DNA of 64,000 nucleotides from Hormiphora californensis (taxonomy: Eukaryota > Animalia > Ctenophora). How positions within the stretch are numbered: position 1 is the first letter of the stretch; each line of letters begins with the position of its first letter. The position numbers were made by a program, and so were the translations under genes. Below, one piece after another: positions 48,926 to 60,742 of this stretch. Under the pieces are notes generated by a model, which worked only from the letters and a program-made list of their open reading frames with translations, did no database searches and was not told where the DNA came from. The DNA lies in assembly GCA_020137815.1 (NCBI GenBank), contig CM035354.1:1550001-1614000 (forward strand), in the 5' to 3' direction.

Positions 48926-50968
48926 CTACTCCTCATCTACTCTCCTATAAACCAGGCACGTCCTCACAGGTAGATAGGTCTGGATATAATACCTCCCGTT
49001 CTCAGTCATTGAGAAGTACTCGGACTCCCCATCGACCCTGCCCTGCCCTCCAAAATACCCGTGATCACTATCCAGAGCGACCTTCCACTTTCCAGGTCTG
49101 TTAACCTCCGTCCGGTATCCAGTATAACTGGTGCTCCAGTGAAAATTGAACACAAAACAGAGACCACCCCTCTCAAAGACGACCACTCGATCGCTCTCAT
49201 GTGTCAGGTACACATACCCATTACCCCGGTCCAACCAGGGATGATCTCTCTCCAACTCCAACACAGCTCCCTCCCACCTCTCCAGGAACTTGTACCGTAG
49301 AGTCTCATCAGCAGGTAGGTTAAACTGCCTCCTACAGTAGTGGTAGCTACTGTTATTGCCTTCACGGGGGAAATCCAACCACTCTGGGTGCCCGAACTCG
49401 TTTCCCATAAAGGTGAGGATTCCTTCCCCTCCCAGGGAGAATGTGAGGAGTCGGATGATCTTGTGGAGGGAGACACCCCGCTCAATCCGGGGAGTTAACT
49501 CTGACAAGACACTCATATTGGTATACATCTCACTGTCCATCAGCCAGAATGCTAGAGTTTTATCCCCCACTAGGGCCTGGTCATGACTCTCCGAGTAGGC
49601 TATGTTCTTCTCCTCCCACCTCCTGTTGTTCAGAGTCCACACAATGTTTCCCAGATCCCATTCTGAGTCTGTGGAACACTCTTTAATCAGCTTTATCCAC
49701 ATGTCCGGGATGGACATGGCTAGCCGGTAATCAAACCCAACCCCTCCCTCTGAAACAGGTCTACAGAGCCCCGGGAACCCTGACACGTCCTCAGCTATTG
49801 TCACCATTTGGGGGTGCATATCGTGGAGGATCTTGTTACACAGTTGGAGGTAGTTAACCGCATCCCTGTTTAACTGCTCGTTAAAGTATTCCCCAAAGTT
49901 CCCGGTGAACCCGTGACCCACACCATGGTGGTGATATAACATGGAGGTAACCCCATCAAACCTGAACCCATCAAACCGGAACTCAGTTGCCCAGTAGTGC
50001 AGGTTGGACAGTAGGAATCGGAGGGTGGCTGGCTTTGAGTAATCGAATATTCTGGAACCCCAGGCAGCGTGGTTCCCTGCCGGACCCTCAATGAAATAGT
50101 GGGAATCGCTTCCATCGAACGAGTTCAGCCCGTCAACAGTGTTACTAGAAGCGTGACTGTGAACCAGATCCAACAGCACCACCAGCCCATGACGGTGAGC
50201 TGTGTCTACAAGATATCTCAGGGAGTCAGGATCACCGAATCTGGAGGAGGGGGCGAAGAAAGATGTCACTTGGTAACCAAAACTCGCGTAGTAAGCGTGT
50301 TCCATCACCGCCATCAACTGGATGCAGTTGTAACCTAGTTTAGCAATTCTCGGGATAACGTTATCTGCAAACTCTATATAAGATGCAACCCTTGGTTCAG
50401 GTGATGCTATACCAACATGACTCTCATAAATGTATAGCCGGGCGGGGGTCTTGGGTCGGGAGAACGACCACTCATATCCCTGTCCCTGTCCCACAAGGAC
50501 CTCGTTAAAGAAGGCCCGGTCACCTTGCTGGACGTGAAGTGCCCAAGGACTGATCCTGTCGAAGGTGTTACCATGGTGATCGGTACAGAAATACCGGAGT
50601 TCCGTTCCCATGGGAATGACACATTGTCCAGAGGAAGAAAGAGGGATCACCAACTCCCACTCCCCGTCCCTATCTGACTTTTCAAACACATACTCCTTCT
50701 TGTTCCAGTTATTAAAATCCCCGGCTAGACAGAGTTTAGAGAGGTTCGGTGCCCATTCCCGGCACTTTACAGAGTTATCTGGCTGGACTCTGACCCCATA
50801 TCGCTCATAGGATGACAGCAGATCGCCAAGGGAGTCTTCCTCCGCAAGCAACTTGGAGAATTGACGGGAGAAGGATCGGTAAATGTCGATTATTGTACCC
50901 TTGTGTGGGTCAAGGTGGGGGTCCCTCGATACGAGATCCTGGATTTTGGGTGGAACGTCTTCTGGCAT
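48926..50968 (-). CDS. GBE1: 1,4-alpha-glucan branching enzyme (GH13_8), intronless
   Basis: Motifs REWAP, GDFNNW, YESHVG, YYASFGYQVTSFFA, LDLVHSHAS, FDGFRFDGVTSM, IAEDVSG, YSESHDQALVGDK, FMGNEFGHPEWLDFPR. ATG at 50968. Confidence 0.96.
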   Translation of the reverse strand: MPEDVPPKIQDLVSRDPHLDPHKGTIIDIYRSFSRQFSKLLAEEDSLGDLLSSYERYGVRVQPDNSVKCREWAPNLSKLCLAGDFNNWNKKEYVFEKSDRDGEWELVIPLSSSGQCVIPMGTELRYFCTDHHGNTFDRISPWALHVQQGDRAFFNEVLVGQGQGYEWSFSRPKTPARLYIYESHVGIASPEPRVASYIEFADNVIPRIAKLGYNCIQLMAVMEHAYYASFGYQVTSFFAPSSRFGDPDSLRYLVDTAHRHGLVVLLDLVHSHASSNTVDGLNSFDGSDSHYFIEGPAGNHAAWGSRIFDYSKPATLRFLLSNLHYWATEFRFDGFRFDGVTSMLYHHHGVGHGFTGNFGEYFNEQLNRDAVNYLQLCNKILHDMHPQMVTIAEDVSGFPGLCRPVSEGGVGFDYRLAMSIPDMWIKLIKECSTDSEWDLGNIVWTLNNRRWEEKNIAYSESHDQALVGDKTLAFWLMDSEMYTNMSVLSELTPRIERGVSLHKIIRLLTFSLGGEGILTFMGNEFGHPEWLDFPREGNNSSYHYCRRQFNLPADETLRYKFLERWEGAVLELERDHPWLDRGNGYVYLTHESDRVVVFERGGLCFVFNFHWSTSYTGYRTEVNRPGKWKVALDSDHGYFGGQGRVDGESEYFSMTENGRYYIQTYLPVRTCLVYRRVDEE

Positions 50969-51397
50969 ACTTCTCAATTATACATACTGCTAAAATGGGA
51001 GGTTTCTGTTAGAGTTTACGTACGAGCTGCGTACTGTGTAGTACAATGTACAATGTACACTGTACATACACAGTGTGTACACTGTACAATTGGGTAATAA
51101 ATACAACTCATTAAATAAATATGATAATTAAATAAATACATATTAATTAGGAATTCAAAAAACGCACTCAGAAAAGAAAATTAACAAACTGTAAAACAAC
51201 TACAAAACACAGCGTACAGGGTTCGGACCGCAATTACACAGTATACCTCAATACCGCCTTGCCATGCTCGACTCGGGAGGGTTAAAACATAACAAATACC
51301 GCCCACCCCTAATACCGCCCACCCCTATAGTCGGGGCAAAGTCAGGAAAATAGTCGGGGCGAAGTCAGGAAAATGGTGAGGACGAAGCCGCAGGTTG

Positions 51398-52756
51398 CTA
51401 ATGAGCTAGGCCCTTATCGAGTTGCTGACAGATTCCCAGCTGTTTTATCACTAGCTTGTTACAGCTGAAGTAGCTGATCAACAAACCAACTGCGGGGGAA
51501 TTAGTTGATGGCATGTAGGGGACGGGGAATTAGTTCATAATGGTGGGGCAAGAAATTGCGGGGGGAATGTTATACAATTACAACCACCTAAATGATCCCA
51601 ACTTGATAGTCATGAAATAAAAAAGGTTTTGCATTACCTGTACTGAAACCGAGGGAGCTCCCTGCCAGTTGGTATTTCCCTGCTCGTGTAGGATCTGTAT
51701 GTGGGCCACCGTGCCAGCCATCGTTCTGATTTAGAAGGTACAGGCAGGTACAGGCAGGTACAGACAGGTACAGACAGGGAGATTATTTAGATTAACCTAT
51801 CGATTGAAAGGCCGATTTTTTTTACAATACGTTGCCTAGCTCGACCCCCTCTTCGCGATGGGTTTAAACAAAATAAGTATTAGACAATTTTGACCGGTGA
51901 TCTAAGTTTTCACAGTGCACCGTTTCCGGTGGTTACAGTGCACTGTGAAAACTTAGACCACTGCAAAACACTAGTAATTATAAAGAAAATACCGTTGCAG
52001 TGGTATGTGAAAATAGAACATTTCTAGTCACACACAGTATAAACATTACGTCACTACACAGTACACGCCCTAACCCTTACTTTCTTCCCTCGCAACTATA
52101 GGTCACGTGATCGTCACGTGATGGCACCACACCAAATGAGCGTCCTGCATCTGCTTTCCCTTTGCATCTCGATTCTCTCTTCCCTATCGCTCTCTCTCTC
52201 TCTCTCTCGCTCTTCTCCTCTCTCTTCTCACACTCATTCTGGTCTCTCTACTCTCTCTCTTCTCTCTGCTCACACTCATTCTCTTTCCTCCTCTTCTCCT
52301 CTCACTCAATCTTATCCGTTCACTCAGTTGTTCCAAAATCAATCTAATAAAATTAGATGACTGCTTTACATGCTCTATTAAAACAATAATGTTAAAGATT
52401 CTTTCACTTTTAGGCTCGCAGGCTCGGCCAAAGTACAATACAGAGCTCGCAGGCTCGTCAGTAGTTACACAGCGGGCCTGCAGGCTCGGCAGCTAAGTAA
52501 AAGGATCTAACCTCGACCTGTCGGTCTCGTCATTATTGTTGTATTTAGAACACTCGGCCTTCGGCCCTCGTGCACTAAATAGTAATAGACCATTTTAACC
52601 AGTCATCTAATCATATAATACGGTAACAAGTTGTAATACCTCAGTGATAGGATATAGTGGGGAGTAGAGTGGCTCATCCTAACTAGAAATGTAGCGGGGG
52701 ACATTCCATGGAGCTTGCTTTCCGCTGCTGTTCGTCCAAGTTCTCCAAAGTACCAT
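51398..52756 (-). CDS. C-terminal SH2 domain of a spliced gene (5' exons not identified; 1-bp frameshift in middle exon)
   Basis: Exons 52756-52640, 51725-51638 and 51489-51398 translate to WYFGELGRTAAESKL...TFLVRMS...YILSLR...VAHIQI...G[fs]KYQL...FSTVGLLISYF...*. Confidence 0.8.
52353..52611. mobile_element. Small MITE-like element in SH2-gene intron
   Basis: Short inverted termini TTAGATGACTG...CAGTCATCTAA. Confidence 0.5.
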
Positions 52757-53409
52757 CTGCAGAGTCAGGAGAGTTAGTGCCGGCAATTAAATACACGCAC
52801 ACTTTTATAGACAAGGTATTATTGATTAAAACGGGGGGGGGGACATGTTAATTTTGTTAACTTTGTTAATATTAACATCGAGAAAACAGGTGATTATTAA
52901 CAAATTAACAAAAGAAAACAAACGTTAACAAATGTCATTATGTCATCTAAATCCCCTTTAGCACGTTTTTAGTATTAACATTGTTTTGCGAGCAAAGTTG
53001 TTCCTCTGTACGATTTACATACCCCTACTACCTCTATTACGGCTTTTCTACCAGCGTTTATTCCATTTTGTAAATGTTAATAACATACTCGCCAACTACC
53101 GCCAATTGAAGTCAAATGACACTGAATCCACTCTTGCACCCTACAAACTAAATAAGACTCATTTTTACCTTAAAACGAAAAATATCCCAAAAATCAATTT
53201 TTCTAAAAAACACACAGGATTTGTAGCGGCAAATTTTCACTACTACCAAAAAATTGATTTGGGAAAATTTTTCTTTTCACACAGAACGGTGTACATCATT
53301 TATTAGTACCACGAATCGATTACCAATTTAAAATTACGTTTAAAGTGATATTATACGCTAAATTGAATATTTGAACTTTTGATTTATCGATTTGAGCCAA
53401 CAAACTATG

Positions 53410-56400
53410 TAGGGTGGAGGGTTAGAAGTGGGTCATTCTGTAAAAATGGGGGAAGGGGGTTAAAAAAGGGGGTTTTTGGGGGTGTCTTTTTCTGATAAAA
53501 TGGGAGGGTTTTAGAAGGGGGGTCATTTTTCTGATAAAATGGGGGGTTAGAAGTGTTCATTCTATAAAATGGGGGGTTAGAAGGGTCATTCTGAAAAATG
53601 GAGGGTTAGAAGTGGTTTTTCTGATAAAAGGGGGGGGTGGTTGGAGGGTTGAAGGGTTTTCATTCTGATAAAATGGAGGGTTAAAAGGGGGTATTCTGAA
53701 AAAAAATGGGGGGTTTAAAAGTTTTCTTTTGATAAAATGGAGGGTTAGAAGTGTGGTCATTCTGATAAAATGGAGGGTTAGAAGTGTGTCATTCTGATAA
53801 AATGGAGGGTTAGAAGTGGGTCATTCTGATAAAATGGAGGGGTTAGAGTGTGTCATTCTGATAAAATGGAGGGTTAGAAGTGTGTCATTCTGAATAAAAT
53901 GGAGGGTTAGAAGTGTGGTCATTCTGATAAAATGGAGGGTTAGAAGTGTGTCATTCTGATAAAATGGAGGGTTAGAAGTGTGTCATTCTGATAAAATGGA
54001 GGGTTAGAAGTGTGTCATTCTGATAAATGGAGGCTAGTTAGAAGTGTGTCATTCTGATAAAATGGAAGGGTTAGAAGTGTGTCATTCTGATAAAATGGAG
54101 GGTTAGAAGTGGTCATTCTGATAAAATGGAGGGTTAGAAGTGTGTCATTCTGATAAAATGGAGGGTTAGAAGTGTGTCATTCTGATAAAATGGAGGGTTA
54201 GAAGGTGTGGTCATTCTGATAAAATGGAGGGTTAGAAGTGTGTCATTCTGATAAAATGGAGGGTTAGAAGTGTGTCATTCTGATAAAATGGGAGGGTTAG
54301 AAGTGTGTCATTCTGATAAAATGGAGGGTTAGAAGTGGGTCATTCTGAATAAAATGGAGGGTTAGAAGTGTGTCATTCTGATAAAATGGAGGGTTAGAAG
54401 TGGTCATTCTGATAAAATGGAGGGTTAGAAGTGTGTCATTCATGATAAAATGGAGGGTTAGAAGTGTGTCATTCTGATAAAATGGAGGGTTAGAAGTGGG
54501 TCATTCTGATAAAATGGAGGGTTAGAAGTGTGTCATTCTGATAAAATGGAGGGTTAGAAGGTGGGTCATTCTGATAAAATGGAGGGTTAGAAGTGGGTCA
54601 TTCTGATAAAATGGAGGGTTAGAAGTGTGTCATTCTGATAAAAATGGAGGGTTAGAAGTGGGTCATTCTATAAAATGGAGGGTTAGAAGTGTGTCATTCT
54701 GATAAAATGGAGGGTTAGAAGTGTGTCATTCTGATAAAATGGAGGGGTTAGAAGTGTGTCATTCTGATAAAATGGAGGGTTAGAAGTGTGTCATTCTGAT
54801 AAAATGGAGGGTTAGAAGTGTGTCATTCTGAATAAAATGGAGGGTTAGAAGTGTGTCATTCTGATAAAATGGAGGGTTAGAAGGTGTGTCATTCTGATAA
54901 AATGGAGGGGTTAGAAGTGTGTCATTCTGATAAAATGGAGGGTTAGAAGTGTGTCATTCTGATAAAATGGGAGGGTTAGAAGTGTGTCATTCTGATAAAA
55001 TGGAGGGTTAGAAGTGTGTCATTCTGTATCTGATAAAATGGAGGGTAGAAGTGGGGCATTCTGATAAAATGGAGGGTTAAGAAGTGTGTCATTCTGATAA
55101 ATGGAGGGTTAGAAGTGGGTCATCTGATAAATGGAGGTTAGAAGTGTGTCATTCTGATAAAATGGAGGGTTAGGAAGTGTGTCATTCTGATAAAATGGTA
55201 GGGTTAGAAGTGGGTCATTCTGATAAAATGGAGGGTTAGAAGTGGGTCATTCTATAAAAATGGAGGGTAGAAGTGTGTCATTCTGATAAAATGGAGGGTT
55301 AGAAGTGTGTCATTCTGATAAAATGGAGGGTTAGAAGTGGGGTCATTCTGATAAAATGGAGGGTTAGAAGGGTGTCATTCTGATAAAATGGAGGGTTAGA
55401 AGTGGGTCATTCTGATAAAATGGAGGGTTAGAAGTGGGTCATTCTGATAAAATGGAGGTTAGAAGTGTGTCATTCTGATAAAATGGAGGGTTAGAAGTGT
55501 GTCATTCTGATAAAATGGAGGGTTAGAAGTGGGTCATTCTGATAAAATGGAGGGTTAGAAGTGTGTCATTCTGATAAAATGGAGGGTTAGAAGTGTGTCA
55601 TTCTGATAAAATGGAGGGTTAGAAGTGGGTCATTCTGATAAAATGGAGGGTTAGAAGTGGGTCATTCTGATAAAATGGAGGGTTAGAAGTGTGTCATTCT
55701 GATAAAATGGAGGGTTAGAAGTGTGTCATTCTGATAAAATGGAGGGTTAGAAGTGTGTCATTCTGATAAAATGGAGGGTTAGAAGTGTGTCATTCTGATA
55801 AAATGGAGGGTTAGAAGTGTGTCATTCTGATAAAATGGAGGGTTAGAAGTGGGTCATTCTGATAAAATGGAGGGTTAGAAGTGTGTCATTCTGATAAAAT
55901 GGAGGGTTAGAAGTGTGTCATTCTGATAAAATGGAGGGTTAGAAGTGGGTCATTCTGATAAAATGGAGGGTTAGAAGTGGGTCATTCTGATAAAATGGAG
56001 GGTTAGAAGTGTGTCATTCTGATAAAATGGAGGGTTAGAAGTGTGTCATTCTGATAAAATGGAGGGTTAGAAGTGTGTCATTCTGATAAAATGGAGGGTT
56101 AGAAGTGGGTCATTCTGATAAAATGGAGGGTTAGAAGTGTGTCATTCTGATAAAATGGAGGGTTAGAAGTGGGTCATTCTGATAAAATGGAGGGTTAGAA
56201 GTGTGTCATTCTGATAAAATGGAGGGTTAGAAGTGTGTCATTCTGATAAAATGGAGGGTTAGAAGTGTGTCATTCTGATAAAATGGAGGGTTAGAAGTGG
56301 GTCATTCTGATAAAATGGAGGGTTAGAAGTGGGTCATTCTGATAAAATGGAGGGTTAGAAGTGTGTCATTCTGATAAAATGGAGGGTTAGAAGTGGGTCA

Positions 56401-58318
56401 TTCTGATAAAATGGAGGGTTAGAAGTGTGTCATTCTGATAAAATGGAGGGTTAGAAGTGTGTCATTCTGATAAAATGGAGGGTTAGAAGTGGGTCATTCT
56501 GATAAAATGGAGGGTTAGAAGTGTGTCATTCTGATAAAATGGAGGGTTAGAAGTGTGTCATTCTGATAAAATGGAGGGTTAGAAGTGGGTCATTCTGATA
56601 AAATGGAGGGTTAGAAGTGTGTCATTCTGATAAAATGGAGGGTTAGAAGTGTGTCATTCTGATAAAATGGAGGGTTAGAAGTGGGTCATTCTGATAAAAT
56701 GGAGGGTTAGAAGTGTGTCATTCTGATAAAATGGAGGGTTAGAAGTGTGTCATTCTGATAAAATGGAGGGTTAGAAGTGGGTCATTCTGATAAAATGGAG
56801 GGTTAGAAGTGGGTCATTCTGATAAAATGGAGGGTTAGAAGTGTGTCATTCTGATAAAATGGAGGGTTAGAAGTGGGTCATTCTGATAAAATGGAGGGTT
56901 AGAAGTGGGTCATTCTGATAAAATGGAGGGTTAGAAGTGTGTCATTCTGATAAAATGGAGGGTTAGAAGTGTGTCATTCTGATAAAATGGAGGGTTAGAA
57001 GTGGGTCATTCTGATAAAATGGAGGGTTAGAAGTGGGTCATTCTGATAAAATGGAGGGTTAGAAGTGTGTCATTCTGATAAAATGGAGGGTTAGAAGTGT
57101 GTCATTCTGATAAAATGGAGGGTTAGAAGTGTGTCATTCTGATAAAATGGAGGGTTAGAAGTGTGTCATTCTGATAAAATGGAGGGTTAGAAGGTGGGTC
57201 ATTCTGATAAAATGGAGGGTTAGAAGTGTGTCATTCTGATAAAATGGAGGGTTAGAAGTGGGTCATTCTGATAAAATGGAGGGTTAGAAGTGTGTCATTC
57301 TGATAAAATGGAGGGTTAGAAGTGTGTCATTCTGATAAAATGGAGGGTTAGAAGTGTGTCATTCTGATAAAATGGAGGGTTAGAAGTGTGTCATTCTGAT
57401 AAAATGGAGGGTTAGAAGTGGGTCATTCTGATAAAATGGAGGGTTAGAAGTGTGTCATTCTGATAAAATGGAGGGTTAGAAGTGTGTCATTCTGATAAAA
57501 TGGAGGGTTAGAAGTGTGTCATTCTGATAAAATGGAGGGTTAGAAGTGTGTCATTCTGATAAAATGGAGGGTTAGAAGTGGGTCATTCTGATAAAATGGA
57601 GGGTTAGAAGTGTGTCATTCTGATAAAATGGAGGGTTAGAAGTGTGTCATTCTGATAAAATGGAGGGTTAGAAGTGGGTCATTCTGATAAAATGGAGGGT
57701 TAGAAGTGGGTCATTCTGATAAAATGGAGGGTTAGAAGTTTGTCATTCTGATAAAATGGAGGGTTAGAAGTGTGTCATTCTGATAAAATGGAGGGTTAGA
57801 AGTGGGTCATTCTGATAAAATGGAGGGTTAGAAGTGGGTCATTCTGATAAAATAGAGGGTTAGAAGTGGGTCATTCTGATAAAATGGAGGGTTAGAAGTG
57901 TGTCATTCTGATAAAATGGAGGGTTAGAAGTGGGTCATTCTGATAAAATGGAGGGTTAGAAGTGGGTCATTCTGATAAAATGGAGGGTTAGAAGTGTGTC
58001 ATTCTGATAAAATGGAGGGTTAGAAGTGTGTCATTCTGATAAAATGGAGGGTTAGAAGTGGGTCATTCTGATAAAATGGAGGGTTAGAAGTGGGTCATTC
58101 TGATAAAATGGAGGGTTAGAAGTGTGTCATTATGATAAAATGGAGGGTTAGAAACGGGTCATTCTGATAAAATGGAGGGTTAGAAGTGTGTCATTCTGAT
58201 AAAATGAAGGGTTAGAAGTGGGTCATTCTGATAAAATGGAGAGTTAGAAGTGTCATTCTGATAAAATGGAGGGTTAGGAGCGTGTCATTCTGATAAAATG
58301 GAGGGTTAGAAACGGGTG
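53410..58318. repeat. 32-bp satellite (TCATTCTGATAAAATGGAGGGTTAGAAGTG[T/G]G), about 150 units
   Basis: Directly visible. Highly homogeneous on the right and indel-rich on the left. Confidence 0.97.
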
Positions 58319-58450
58319 CTAAGCCAGGATTAGAGAGAATCTGTTAATTCTAAAAATTGTTAAATTAAATAGGTATGGCATAAATCACAAAATCAACTCA
58401 AGTACTATAATATAAATCAAAACTACAATAATCAACTAACTAAACAAAAT

Positions 58451-60061
58451 TCAAAACTTTACAAAATGCTTTTTAAACTGTTCAATATTCTGTTTAAACA
58501 GCAAGGAAACAGCGACAGTGTTAACCATAAACAGGTCACCATCTGAAGATTTACCAACCAAGAACCTACTGTTAATCCCATCAAATGTCCTGGCCACTGA
58601 GAGATTGGAGCCCGGGCACCACAGCACCACCCTTGAAATATAAATCTCCGTCCCGTTATAATAATCATTCTCCGTCCTGGAGTGCAGGATGACAAGGCCA
58701 TAACCACAATCAACCGTGTCCGTGAAAGTTCCGAGAAAACCATTGGAGTTGAACATGTCAGATATTACAATCCTGCGAAGAATATCAAGTGATTCTGAAT
58801 ATTCAACAAGATCTGGTGCTAAGTTATCATAATAGACGTATATTCGGTCTTCACCGGTCGGTAGAGCAACAGTGAAGAGTGCCCCTACCCACGCGTACGA
58901 TACTAATCCATCTCGCGATACTAATCCATCTCGTCTAGTAACGATAGGATCAACATGGTAACAGTTGATATCAGATGAAGTGTAATCAGCAACCACACAC
59001 CTCCCACCCTCCCCACAAGATGAACAGGAATGATCTTTATCCCTGATCCCGTCACTCAGTATCGCTTGCTTCACAAAGGTAGCACCCGGGTGGATACCTT
59101 CCGTCACGACAACAAGTTCTTTCAGCCCAGTTTTCCGGTTGCTCAGAAGCAACTCATTCCGTTCTAGTAGCGGTATATCAAAATGTACCCGCTTGCTCTC
59201 TCCGGTTACTATAGAAACAATGCATGCAGTTGTTGATTCGTCGCTGTTGCCACAGTACAAGACTGTTTCTCCCCCTAAAAACCACACTCGTGGCCAGAGG
59301 GTGTCAGTATCCTTCCGTTTGAATTTGATCTTGTTAACCACCTCAAAACTGGGTACACTGAACACCAGGATCCAATTGTAGTCAAGTCCATCACGATATG
59401 TGGCTATCAGGTAGTTCTCTAACGGGTCAAAGAACATGTTATAAATTACACCTACATCATCAACATCTCGAACAGGGTGTGAGTGTAGGATCTTCACAGC
59501 AAAGTTGTCATTGACAAAAGAGACAGCCAGCTCGAACCGGTCCTTTTGGTCCGTGAAAGCCATAAATTTACCCGACGGGGACATTGCAAAGTCCTCAAAT
59601 TCCGGGAACATATCTTTCTGAACCAGATCTTTGGACGATGGAAATGGAATTGTTTTGAACCCAGAGAACACCCTGAAATCCTGTCGATAGGAACCAGTAC
59701 AGGGCGCATAGATTTCACTGCCATTACTAAAATGTATCTGTAGTAACTTTTTGTAGAATGCTTCTCCTGTAAGAGAGGATTCCGTTAGCAGTTACCCCGG
59801 TGTCCCAAAGTGAGGAATACAGCTGCCAGTTGCCTAGGTATAATGTTGTCTAACGCTAATTTATCTACAACTACAAACGTGTCCTGGTCCTATGATACCC
59901 TGTGGGCCGTGATGATGATACTGACCCTGAAAGAGGTTGTTCCACGCCCTACATACAACTGCACACTCCCATAGGTCAGCCAGGTCCGTGGTGTACAACA
60001 GAATCTGCTCAATTAGCTCGGGAGGAAGTACAGAAAACGCTCCCTCATCTTGCCCAGTCAT
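58451..60061 (-). CDS. F-box protein with a beta-rich (propeller-like) C-terminal region
   Basis: Exon 60061-59926 (FSVLPPELIEQILLY..DLADLWECAVVCRAWNNL) splices in phase 1 to exon 59766-58451 (FAMSPSGKFMAF, FFDPLENYLIA). Confidence 0.8.
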
Positions 60062-60340
60062 TTCCTAAATTGTTCTTCAAATAACACTTGAATTCATGGA
60101 GAGCAATGGCTGCTGATGGGACGGGTGGGGCCCTCGTAACGGGGGTGCATCATGCATGAGGGAAACGCAGCGCAGGGAACCGTTAAAACCTGAGTGTGTG
60201 CGAGGCTAGGTTTTGTCCAGTGTATCAAGGACACACTTTTTGTTGCGAGAACAGGGAGAAAACTGAAAACAAAACGGTGACTTTCGTAAAAAATGACTGC
60301 GAAATTTGAACAAGGAAAATTTTTCCCAATAAGGAACCAT

Positions 60341-60705
60341 AATAAAGTTCAAGAGCGCACCCCATCCAAGAGCGTACCACCTCCAAAAGACACCACTCCA
60401 AGAGCGCACCACATCAAAGAGAGCTCCCCGTCCAGAAGATACCGCGCGCAGGGGACACCACGCGCAGAAGAGACCGCACGCGCAAATACAACGCCGCGCT
60501 GGTCTCTTCTGCGCGTGGTGTCCCCTGCGCGTGGTATCTTCTGGATGGGGAGCTCTCTTTGATGTGGTGCGCTCTTGAAGTGGTGTCTTCTGGAGGTGGT
60601 GCGCTCTTGGATGTGGTCTCTTTTGGGTGTGGTGCGCTCTCAGGTGTGGTCTCTCTTTGATCGGGTACGCTCTTGGGTGCTCTTGGAGGCTCTTGAACTT
60701 TATTA
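60341..60705. repeat. Palindromic element with internal AAGAGCGCACC sub-repeats
   Basis: AATAAAGTTCAAGAGC...GCTCTTGAACTTTATT, centred near 60490. Confidence 0.75.
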
Positions 60706-60742
60706 TCAGGGTGTGAACTGCATGTCGTGTTTGCTAGTCGCG

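Noticed and set aside
53410-58318. Telomeric array
   Set aside because: There is only one GGGTTAG word per 32-bp unit, not tandem TTAGGG.
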